Of a stretch of DNA of 64,000 bases, positions 53,364 through 64,000 are shown piece after piece (positions within the stretch are counted from its first letter, which is position 1; each line of letters starts with the position of its first letter). Source of the stretch: Aulosira sp. ZfuVER01 (GTDB taxonomy: Bacteria > Cyanobacteriota > Cyanobacteriia > Cyanobacteriales > Nostocaceae). The translations under genes were made by a program, and so were the position numbers. The notes under the pieces are model-generated. The model searched no databases, had not been told where the DNA came from, and worked only from the letters and a program-made list of their open reading frames with translations. The DNA lies in NCBI GenBank assembly GCA_034530615.2, contig JAVRCV020000048.1, positions 1-64,000 of the forward strand, written 5' to 3'.

Positions 53364-54773
53364 GCCGCGTTCCTCATGCTCCTTGCAGAATCAATTACTC
53401 AAGATGTGTTTACTGCTCTTATTAAACGAGCTAGTTTTGATACCGAAAATATTTTTTTGGCTGGTTGCCTGAGATATTTTCGGAAATTTTGTCTCTCCTT
53501 TGGAGGAGTTTCTTACTAAGTGTGGAAATCGCTGTTGTAGCTGACTTACTCACCTTAGTAAAGGCTATGCGTATTGTTCTCGCATATTACCTTTAACTGA
53601 CTTGTCTAAAAAAAGACATGTCTTGAGAAAAAAATTTACCACTACAGTTAAATAAACATAACTGTTGGTAGATTTTTTCCGTAAAGACTGTTCCGATTGT
53701 AGCCTGTTTCACAGAAATTGCACTCTTTTTGTGTGTTAATCTTGTAGTCCTTTAGGCAGGTAAAGCCACTATTAACAAAAAGAACTTCAAAATGGTAGCC
53801 ATGCCCTTAAATCTTTTCTGAAACTTTTTAGAATTGCAGTGGCATTGTCATTACATTAAACGGTAAGTACACCTGTTCATGCACTCTTCTAAGTACAATG
53901 CACAACATTAATTACTTAGAAACAGCGCATTTTATATTAACTCAAGCGAGAAGCAATAGCGCACGTATTTTTACATTTCCTTCATAAAGTACTCAGTTCG
54001 TGAAGCTAAAGCGAGAGTTCTCGCTAGGTAGATACAGCAGATATGCTGATGCTTGTCTTGGGGCACTCTGCATTATGTACGCTCATTACCTAAACTAAGG
54101 AGTTGAGGTAAGGGTAGAATCAGCCTGATAGCAGATCAATTTAGATTCAACTAATTGGTCTTATTCACACGTTAGCGCACTGTTGCGATTTCAGCCCTAT
54201 GAAACTTGACAAACTTTTCCTATTGTATACAACGATATTTTAATCAATTCATCAAGGATTTGACATTAAAGACGAGCAATTATTTGTCTACTGAAGCTAA
54301 AGAATTTAGATGGTAGGTTAGGAACCTAGTTGAAAATCTACTTTAAGTAAAATATTTGTAAATTTTAATACTCACTAACGTAGTAATTTATTAGCTATAT
54401 TTTTAACAATTAATTCCCAATTTACTTAGCAAAGCGGGCTAAGTAGATGAGGTTCAGCTTTGCTATTCAAGGATAACAAATACATTGCTAGAAAGGAGAC
54501 AAAATTTACTGGTATTCATCAAGTGTTGTTTTTCACTTGACTTAACTTAAATATCAGATGAAGTTAACAAACTTGCCAATGTGTAATCACTTAAGCTGAA
54601 AGAAAATATTGACAAAAAAAACATTATATGCAGTTGCTAACAGGGAATTAATTTGATGATTTTTGTAATGAATATTTATATATTTTATTAACCACTTTTT
54701 ATTGTCTAACTGTGTTGCTGTTTGGGTACGTGCAATACACTCTCTAAAGAGAAAGAGGCTAGTGCAAGAAGGC

Positions 54774-54836
54774 AGCATGGGGCATTGGTATTCTTTACGC
54801 CCCATGCTTACGTAATCCCACTCCTTCCTGGGGTGG
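54774..54836 (-). terminator. Two hairpins downstream of gyrB
   Basis: AGCATGGGGC/GCCCCATGCT 10-bp stem and a CCACTCC/GGGGTGG stem. Confidence 0.5.
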
Positions 54837-54848
54837 AATGACCTTAAT

Positions 54849-56840
<1,992 letters not shown>

Positions 56841-57009
56841 TCACTCCAAAATTCTAACACAAAAGCCTTGCTGGCGTCTGTAGGGCAATTTTGTGAGAAG
56901 TTTATACAGGGACTGCATCCCTGTTGAAATTGGGGGAGTAAGCGGGGAAAGGGGACAAGGAAGTGTGGGGAGTGTGGGAGAGGGTGGGGAGAAATAGGAC
57001 AAGGGAAAA

Positions 57010-57093
57010 TAACAAATGACCAATGACTCTTGACTCTTGACTCTTGACTCTTGACCCTTGACCATTAACTCTTAACTCTTGACTTTTGACTAA
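57010..57093 (+). repeat. Short tandemly repeated heptamer array (TGACTCT-like, 12 units)
   Basis: taacaaa tgaccaa (tgactct)x4 tgaccct tgaccat taactct taactct tgacttt tgactaa, abutting the miaA ATG. Confidence 0.9.
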
Positions 57094-57990
57094 ATGACTA
57101 AACTGGTTGTAATTTGTGGAGCAACGGCGACGGGTAAATCGGGTTTGGCCTTGGCTTTAGCTAGGCGGTTGGGTACTGTTATCCTCAGTGCGGATTCTCG
57201 CCAAGTTTATCGGGAGTTTGATATTGGCACAGCTAAACCTACATTAGCGGAACAAAAATTAGTGCCGCATTATTTAATAGATATCTGCGCTCCCACAAAC
57301 ACGATGACGGTAGCAGATTACCAAGAACAAGCGCAAGCTTTAATTGCTTCTGTTTCTGGTTCTCCTGTATTGCTGGTAGGGGGTACGGGTTTATACATAC
57401 GTTCTATTGTGCAAGGCATGAAGATTCCTAGGGTTGCACCACAACAAAAATTGCGATCGCAACTCGAAGAAATTGGTCAAAATCAACTTTACGCTATGTT
57501 GCAACAAGTTGATCCTACTGCTGCACAAAAAATTCATCCCCATGATGCAGTACGTACTTTAAGAGCATTAGAAGTGTATTATATTACTGGAATACCTATT
57601 TCAGAACAACAAGGGGAGAACCCTCCAAATTACCCGATTTTGCAAATTGGTTTAGATTGTGACGCTGAAAGGCTACGCCTACGCATTCACAAGCGTACCG
57701 AGCAGATGATAGCAGATGGATTAGTTGCTGAGGTGGATTATCTGTGTCAGAAATATGGTGCTGATTTATCTTTGTTAAATACTTTAGGATATCAAGAAAT
57801 CAAGCAATATTTGGTTGAAGACATTTCTTTAGAAGCAGTCAAAGAATTAATAGTTTTACATACGCGGCAATTTGCCAAGCGACAACGCACTTGGTTTCAA
57901 GTATATCCACAAATCGAGTGGTTTGATGCAAACGATCCGGATTTATTTGCTAAAGTTTTGCAGCGTGTAGATAAGTTTATTGAAATTTGA
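57094..57990 (+). CDS. miaA: tRNA dimethylallyltransferase
   Basis: GATATGKS, SADSRQVY, DIGTAKP, VGGTGLY and AKRQRTWF motifs. Confidence 0.98.
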   Translation: MTKLVVICGATATGKSGLALALARRLGTVILSADSRQVYREFDIGTAKPTLAEQKLVPHYLIDICAPTNTMTVADYQEQAQALIASVSGSPVLLVGGTGLYIRSIVQGMKIPRVAPQQKLRSQLEEIGQNQLYAMLQQVDPTAAQKIHPHDAVRTLRALEVYYITGIPISEQQGENPPNYPILQIGLDCDAERLRLRIHKRTEQMIADGLVAEVDYLCQKYGADLSLLNTLGYQEIKQYLVEDISLEAVKELIVLHTRQFAKRQRTWFQVYPQIEWFDANDPDLFAKVLQRVDKFIEI

Positions 57991-58048
57991 TCAATGATTA
58001 TTAGCTAATTGATAGTCTTGACGAAAAAACTATTATAGCTATACCATA

Positions 58049-59899
58049 CTAACCTTTTAGAGATTCGTATAAAGCATCTAGTCTAGCTTGTATAGCTGGA
58101 GGTTTAGCAGTAAAATGAATATAAAAACTGGCATTATCTGCTGGTTTATCGAACACCTTGGCATAGATGTCTTCTTGAAGTTCTGGTGGGATATTCTGTA
58201 CTAATAATTTGAGCTTTATATTCGTTTGTGAAGATGGGAGAGAAACTCCTGCGGCATTTTCACTACGAACCTTAGCACCCTTAGCTGAAAGTTCAACTAT
58301 ACTGCCTTGATATATAGTTTCACTAATATGCTTTTCCTCCAAAAATGTATATTGTATGGGAATAATTCCCGGAAGTGGAAAAAATTTCTCTTCTTCTCTA
58401 GGTAGAAAAAGATTGTAAGCTCCGCTGATTCCATAAACTTCGTATATAATGATTGGCTGTTTTACACCTTTTGGCTGTACCTGTTTGTGTCCACTTACCT
58501 TTACGATTGACCCAGCTGCTTTTAATGTCTCTTCTGAAATTAGAATTTCACCACCTGTTGTATAAGATTCAATTCGATAAGTTAGGTTTACCTGACTACC
58601 AACTATTCCATACTTCGTGCGTTTTTCGGAGCCGATATTTCCTAAAATTACCAGTCCGGTATTGATACCAATACCCATATCTAGTTGAGGGAAGCCTAGA
58701 TTTTTCAGTCTTTCATTAACAGCACCCATAGCTAATTGCATGGCACAAGCACAAGCTACGGCTTTAGCAGCGTCATCTTCTCTTGGTGTAGGCGCACCAA
58801 ACAAAACCAAAATGCCATCACCCATAAATTCATTAATAGATCCTTGGTACTGGGTGATCACATCGGCCATGTATTCTAAATAGATGTTGAGAATAGTAAT
58901 TACTTCTTCTGGTTGCGATCGCTCTGATATAGCTGTAAATCCTCGTAAATCTGATGTCAGAATGGTAATTTTCCGCCTTTCGCCACCAAGTTTTAATCCT
59001 TCAGGACTTTCTAATAAATTAGCTACGATATCATCACTGAGGTAACGTCCAAATACCTGGCGAATCAGTGAATTCCTTTTTTCTAAGTCTGTGTTAGCTT
59101 GAGCCAAATCAGCAGTGCGTTCTGTGACACGCACCTCTAACTCCCTAGCGGTTTGACGCAGCCTACCAATAACTAAGGTCAACCCAGTAAGCCCCAATAC
59201 AGATAATCCACCCAACATTACAGAAGTTGTTTGCAGGCTTTTATTAGTCTTTTCTGTAAAGCTATCTAGAGACTGAGTAATTGCCAAAACTCCGCGCACA
59301 TCTCCCACTTGCCAATCGCGTTTTGGACTATTAGGGTCAGTGTCGTGACAAGCAACACAGCTAGCTTCCATCCGCACGGATTCCCCATATCGCCATAAGC
59401 TACGGCCATCTTTTGTCTCCAGACGAGAAAAATTTTTCTGTTCGGGATGTTGTCTTAGGTAAGTAAGCGCTTGTTTCTCAAACTCATCTCTCGGCCCACC
59501 TTCAGCTTTTCGCCAAGGATAAGGGTAATCACTGTATAAACGAACTGACATGCCATTCTGTTGTTCAGTGACTTTTTTGCCGAGTTCGATCGCATAAGTT
59601 GCTGGCGGAGGAATTGCGCCCTCTTTAATCAAGTAGTTGTGGGCAATGGTAATTCCTTGTACTTTTTTAGCCCGATTGGCCGCTGAATCACTGTAAAGTC
59701 TCCAAGCATCAATAATTGACTTGGCTTGCAATTCGGCATTCATGAGTGCTTGCGATTGCATTAGGTTAGTCGAGAGACTAGACATATTTGCTAAAGCTAC
59801 ACCCACTCCAATGGAGAATAAAAGCAGAAGAATTAGAACAGTTTGTTTAAAAAGCAGACTCAGAAAAAAGCGCCACACTCTAGAAATCGAATTATTCAT
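58049..59899 (-). CDS. Membrane class III nucleotide cyclase with a heme-c (DUF3365/Tll0287-like) sensor domain
   Basis: Two transmembrane helices flank a domain with SCVACH and WQVGDVRG. A coiled coil leads to a cyclase domain (SDLRGFT, NEFMGDG, KYGIVGSQVNLTYR) and a C-terminal PilZ-like region. Confidence 0.9.
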   Translation of the reverse strand: MNNSISRVWRFFLSLLFKQTVLILLLLFSIGVGVALANMSSLSTNLMQSQALMNAELQAKSIIDAWRLYSDSAANRAKKVQGITIAHNYLIKEGAIPPPATYAIELGKKVTEQQNGMSVRLYSDYPYPWRKAEGGPRDEFEKQALTYLRQHPEQKNFSRLETKDGRSLWRYGESVRMEASCVACHDTDPNSPKRDWQVGDVRGVLAITQSLDSFTEKTNKSLQTTSVMLGGLSVLGLTGLTLVIGRLRQTARELEVRVTERTADLAQANTDLEKRNSLIRQVFGRYLSDDIVANLLESPEGLKLGGERRKITILTSDLRGFTAISERSQPEEVITILNIYLEYMADVITQYQGSINEFMGDGILVLFGAPTPREDDAAKAVACACAMQLAMGAVNERLKNLGFPQLDMGIGINTGLVILGNIGSEKRTKYGIVGSQVNLTYRIESYTTGGEILISEETLKAAGSIVKVSGHKQVQPKGVKQPIIIYEVYGISGAYNLFLPREEEKFFPLPGIIPIQYTFLEEKHISETIYQGSIVELSAKGAKVRSENAAGVSLPSSQTNIKLKLLVQNIPPELQEDIYAKVFDKPADNASFYIHFTAKPPAIQARLDALYESLKG

Positions 59900-60206
59900 T
59901 GCATAACCCTGGTCTTATGTATTTACCTGTCATGCCTGTAAAAGCTGAATACCTTAACAAAATATACTTTTTTAGTTCACAATTCTGTTAAGGGAAATAT
60001 CAAAGTTAGCAAAAAGTTTTACTATATTGGCAAGACGGGTAGATTTATTGATTAATTTAGTGAACTGTCAGCTCTGCTTAGACCTCCATCTATGCTGAAA
60101 ATAAATGGAGATGCGATCGCACTCTTGTAACTCCTGCCACAATATTCTTTAGTATTAACCATGCATTTGCAGTGAACCTGGGCTGCATCCCTATAAGAAA
60201 CCACTT

Positions 60207-61679
60207 ATGCTCACCCAAGATAAACAACAACGTAACTGGAAACCCATCATCAACGCATTTGAAGCTGTACTGGGCAAAAATGGCGTGGTGCAACGCCGTG
60301 AGGAACTGATTACTTATGAATGTGATGGTTTAACAGGCTATCGCCAACGTCCGGCGGTAGTTGTACTACCTAGAACAACAGAACAAGTTGCTGCGGTAGT
60401 GAAGATATGCAACAAATACTCTCTTCCCTTTATCGCGCGCGGTTCTGGTACTGGTTTATCTGGTGGTGCTTTGCCTGGGAAAGATTCAGTTTTAATTGTC
60501 ACTTCCTTAATGCGGCAAATACTCAGCATTGATTTGGACAATCAAAGGGCTGTTGTGCAACCAGGAGTAATTAATAGTTGGGTAACACAAGCAGTAAGCG
60601 GTGCTGGATTCTACTATGCACCAGACCCCTCTAGCCAAATTATCTGCTCGATTGGGGGCAACATTGCGGAGAATTCTGGCGGGGTACATTGTCTCAAATA
60701 TGGTGTGACTACTAACCATGTTTTGGGATTGAAACTAGTACTTCCCGATGGTGAAATTGTCGATGTGGGAGGGCAAATTCCCGAAATGCCTGGTTATGAT
60801 TTAACAGGTATATTTGTCGGTTCGGAAGGTACTTTGGGTATCGCTACAGAAATTACGCTAAAAATTCTCAAAAGTGCAGAATCAATTTGTGTTTTGTTGG
60901 CAGATTTTAATAGCGTTGAAGCTGCTGGGTCGACGGTTTCCGATATCATCAGTGCGGGGATTATTCCTGGTGGTATGGAAATGATGGATAACTTCAGCAT
61001 CAATGCTGTTGAAGATGTTGTGGCCACAAATTGTTATCCCCGCGATGCTACTGCAATTTTGCTCATAGAAATTGACGGTTTAGAAGTAGAAGTTGCAGGT
61101 AATAAACAGCGTGTAATTGAAATTTGTCAACAGAATGGTGCGCGTAGCGTGACTTCTGCTAGCGATCCAGAGACACGCTTAAAACTTTGGAAAGGACGCA
61201 AAGCTGCTTTTGCGGCTGCTGGACATTTAAGCCCAGATTATTATGTTCAAGATGGTGTAATTCCTCGAACACAATTACCTTATGTGTTGCAAGAAATTGA
61301 GTTATTAAGTCAAAAATTTGGTTATCGTGTCGCCAATGTATTTCATGCTGGTGATGGTAATCTTCACCCATTGATTCTTTACGATAATTCGGTGCATGGA
61401 GCATTAGAGAAAGTGGAAGAATTAGGAGGAGAAATTCTCAAACTTTGTGTAAGAGTAGGTGGTAGCATTTCTGGCGAACATGGTATTGGTGCAGATAAAA
61501 AATGCTATATGCCAGAGATGTTTAGCCAAACTGATTTAGAAACTATGCAATGGGTAAGGCAAGTATTTAATCCTCAAGGTTTAGCAAATCCGGAGAAGAT
61601 ATTCCCAACACCACGCACTTGTGGTGAGGCAGCAAATGCAGCAAGTGTCAAGCAATTTGAAGGTGTGCAAAGATTTTAA
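60207..61679 (+). CDS. glcD: Glycolate oxidase subunit GlcD
   Basis: FAD-binding ARGSGTGLSGG, PDPSS, GGVHCLKYG, HAGDGNLHP and GEHGIG motifs. Confidence 0.93.
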   Translation: MLTQDKQQRNWKPIINAFEAVLGKNGVVQRREELITYECDGLTGYRQRPAVVVLPRTTEQVAAVVKICNKYSLPFIARGSGTGLSGGALPGKDSVLIVTSLMRQILSIDLDNQRAVVQPGVINSWVTQAVSGAGFYYAPDPSSQIICSIGGNIAENSGGVHCLKYGVTTNHVLGLKLVLPDGEIVDVGGQIPEMPGYDLTGIFVGSEGTLGIATEITLKILKSAESICVLLADFNSVEAAGSTVSDIISAGIIPGGMEMMDNFSINAVEDVVATNCYPRDATAILLIEIDGLEVEVAGNKQRVIEICQQNGARSVTSASDPETRLKLWKGRKAAFAAAGHLSPDYYVQDGVIPRTQLPYVLQEIELLSQKFGYRVANVFHAGDGNLHPLILYDNSVHGALEKVEELGGEILKLCVRVGGSISGEHGIGADKKCYMPEMFSQTDLETMQWVRQVFNPQGLANPEKIFPTPRTCGEAANAASVKQFEGVQRF

Positions 61680-62037
61680 TCAACGGTTAACTGTGAACAG
61701 TTTTTTAGTTAAAAGTAGTAAATCATTTCCAAGAAATAAATTATCCGAATAAACCCCAGAGTCATAGAGAAGATTTTTGCGTTATTTCTTGGATTGCTTT
61801 AATTGGAAGTCTCTAGTATAAAAGCCTGCCAACACAGGCTTTTTTTGCATATTTATACTCTTCTAAAAGAGAAGCTATGTTTGATATTCTCTAAAATTGC
61901 TAGATTTGGATTTTTGCTAACTGCATCTTTGGTTATCATAAAAAATCAAGATCTAGCTACACGCTCCGGAGTCTTGAAATTTATTTTGTAGTTATATATA
62001 GTCCTTCTATTCGTTTAAAAGTAAGTCAAGCTCACAG

Positions 62038-63279
62038 ATGAATCGGTTTGCCCGCCGTTATTTTTGTTACTGGCTGTGTTTGGAATTAATATTATGCTTA
62101 ATAGCATTTTCGCTTCCTTCTCACTCAGTTAATTACCAAAAAGCCAACCATCCAACTACAACAGAAATTCGGGGCGTTTGGCTAACTAATGTCGCTAGTG
62201 GCGTATTATTTGTACCTTGGGGTATTAACCGTGCTGTTAACCAACTCTCGGCACTCAACTTTAATACGATTTATCCTGTAGTTTGGAATAGAGGACATAC
62301 TTTTTACAATAGTGCAGTTGCTAAAAAAATTATCGGTTCAGATACGCAAACTTTGCTCAAAATAATGCATGGTGGTGGAGATATTTTAGCCAAGCTAATT
62401 AAACTTGCTAAACCTAAAGGTTTAAGTATTGTTCCTTGGTTTGAATATGGGTTAATGACACCGCATAATTCGGAATTAGCTAGGCGGTACTCGGATTGGT
62501 TGACAATTGGGCAAGAAGGTATCAAATCTATTAAAGAAAGTCCCCGAGAAGAAATTGACAGTCATATTAGTAAGCAAGCTTGGCTGAATCCTCTACATCC
62601 GCAAGTTCAAGAGTTTCTTCAAGAGCTAATTGTGGAAGTTGTTAGCAATTATGATGTGGATGGTATTCAACTTGACGATCATTTTGGGATGCCAGTGCAG
62701 TTTGGTTACGATGCTTTTACTGTTGAACTATATCAGCAAGAACATCAAGGTAAAAGTCCACCAAAAAACCCTTTTAACCCCGAATGGATGCGTTGGCGAG
62801 CTGATAAAATTACTGATTTTATGGCTGCGATTTATCAAGCTGTGAAGGCGATTAAGCCTCATGCCAAAATTTCTCTATCTCCGAATTCTCAAGCTTTTGC
62901 CTACAAATACTACTTGCAAAACTGGGAAGATTGGGTAAAAAAAGGTTTGGTAGATGAGTTGATTTTGCAGGTATATCGAGATAACAAAAGCAGTTTTATC
63001 GCTGAGCTGGAGAAACCAGCGGTAGAATTTGCTCGCAGTCAAATCCCTGTAGGTATTGGGATAACAACTGGAACTTTACATGATTCTGTGGATACCGCTC
63101 AAATTAAAGAACAGGTTAAAGTGGTACGCGATCGCAAATTTCCTGGTATTTCATTTTTCTACTGGGAAAGTTTATGGGGTTACATCTCGCCGGAATCACC
63201 TCAGCAAAGGCGCAGGGCTTTTGGAGAGATATTTAATACCAAAGCTGCAAGACCAATCCTACTACCAAAGAAAATTTGA
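62038..63279 (+). CDS. Glycoside hydrolase-like 10 (DUF187) family protein
   Basis: EIRGVW, PWFEYG, WLNPLHPQV and YDVDGIQLDDHF motifs; N-terminal signal-like segment. Confidence 0.9.
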   Translation: MNRFARRYFCYWLCLELILCLIAFSLPSHSVNYQKANHPTTTEIRGVWLTNVASGVLFVPWGINRAVNQLSALNFNTIYPVVWNRGHTFYNSAVAKKIIGSDTQTLLKIMHGGGDILAKLIKLAKPKGLSIVPWFEYGLMTPHNSELARRYSDWLTIGQEGIKSIKESPREEIDSHISKQAWLNPLHPQVQEFLQELIVEVVSNYDVDGIQLDDHFGMPVQFGYDAFTVELYQQEHQGKSPPKNPFNPEWMRWRADKITDFMAAIYQAVKAIKPHAKISLSPNSQAFAYKYYLQNWEDWVKKGLVDELILQVYRDNKSSFIAELEKPAVEFARSQIPVGIGITTGTLHDSVDTAQIKEQVKVVRDRKFPGISFFYWESLWGYISPESPQQRRRAFGEIFNTKAARPILLPKKI

Positions 63280-63848
63280 TGCTATTTGCACCTGCTAAAA
63301 CTCAATTTAGCTTTACATTACGGTGGACTGTAGCTACTTTTAGCGGTTTTTTAGGGAGTTTGTTATTTATTGAAATTGGTGAAAAGCCCGATTTGGGAGT
63401 ACTACAAGCTTTGATTGGCGGATTAGCGATCGCCTCTGCTCAAAGTCTGATTCTCCGACATACAAGCTTTTATGCTAAGTGGGTGTTGTTCACTGTTTTG
63501 GGTTGGGTGGCGATCGCAATCATTGGCGTTGGTGTAGTCGGTTGGATTGTACCTACAACTCAGTTGCTTCCCCTAAGAATCCTGACAGGCGCATTTTACG
63601 GCGCAGTTGGCGGTTTTGTAATTGGACTGGCTCAATGGTTAGCAATTTACCAGCCAGTTCCTTTGGCTTGGCGCTGGATATTTATTAGTGCAGTCAGTTG
63701 GGCAATTGCTATGCCTATCGGTTCTGCTATCGGGATAATTTTACGCCAACTCACACAGGTATTTTTAGGCGAAGTTATCGGTTTGGCGATCGCCTGGCTG
63801 GTGGTTGCAATTCTCAGCGGGATTAATGCTTATAAATTATTGAATTAA
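63276..63848 (+). CDS. Hypothetical multi-pass membrane protein
   Basis: Gly-rich hydrophobic helices with repeated AQ(W/S)L...W motifs; overlaps or abuts the upstream stop codon. Confidence 0.8.
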   Translation: MMLFAPAKTQFSFTLRWTVATFSGFLGSLLFIEIGEKPDLGVLQALIGGLAIASAQSLILRHTSFYAKWVLFTVLGWVAIAIIGVGVVGWIVPTTQLLPLRILTGAFYGAVGGFVIGLAQWLAIYQPVPLAWRWIFISAVSWAIAMPIGSAIGIILRQLTQVFLGEVIGLAIAWLVVAILSGINAYKLLN

Positions 63849-64000
63849 ATTGGTAATTTGTCCTTTTTCAGGAATCAAGGACTATTTATTCACCTGCTTC
63901 CTTATCCCTTATCGTTTTGCATTAAGAATTATCACAATTATTGACTATCCTGCTTGATTCTGCCTAAGATATGTGCAAAAATCTTAAGGAATTATTAAAA

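Noticed and set aside
56841..57065. 74-aa ORF MVKGQESRVKSQES...
   Set aside because: It is simply the translation of the heptamer and G-rich repeats.
57010..57093. Repeat array as a possible CRISPR
   Set aside because: Units are 7 nt with no spacers, and there are no cas genes in the window.

Overview
This is a 64-kb chromosomal segment of a filamentous, probably heterocyst-forming cyanobacterium (Nostocales-like). Support: abundant HIP1 octamers (GCGATCGC), heptamer tandem repeats, an nrrA-like regulator with a canonical NtcA promoter, and an hli gene with an HLR1 box. Most of it is core genome: ribD, queD, Fd-GOGAT, rpsL-rpsG-fusA-tuf-rpsJ, pheA, rne-rnhB, dapL, clpS, nrrA, sbcC, sigA, gyrB, miaA and glcD. 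Accessory content is small: a PEP-CTERM gene, a VapBC-type toxin-antitoxin pair, a decayed NB-ARC gene cut by an IS5/IS1031-type remnant, a 111-bp MITE with an 8-bp target duplication, and several nested 21-45 nt dispersed mini-repeats. The most interesting protein is a membrane class III cyclase that joins a c-type-heme (CxxCH) extracytoplasmic sensor to a catalytic domain with Cya2-like guanylyl-specificity residues. I found no rRNA, tRNA, CRISPR array or prophage, and no clearly new multi-gene system. Family names come from recalled motifs, not database searches.
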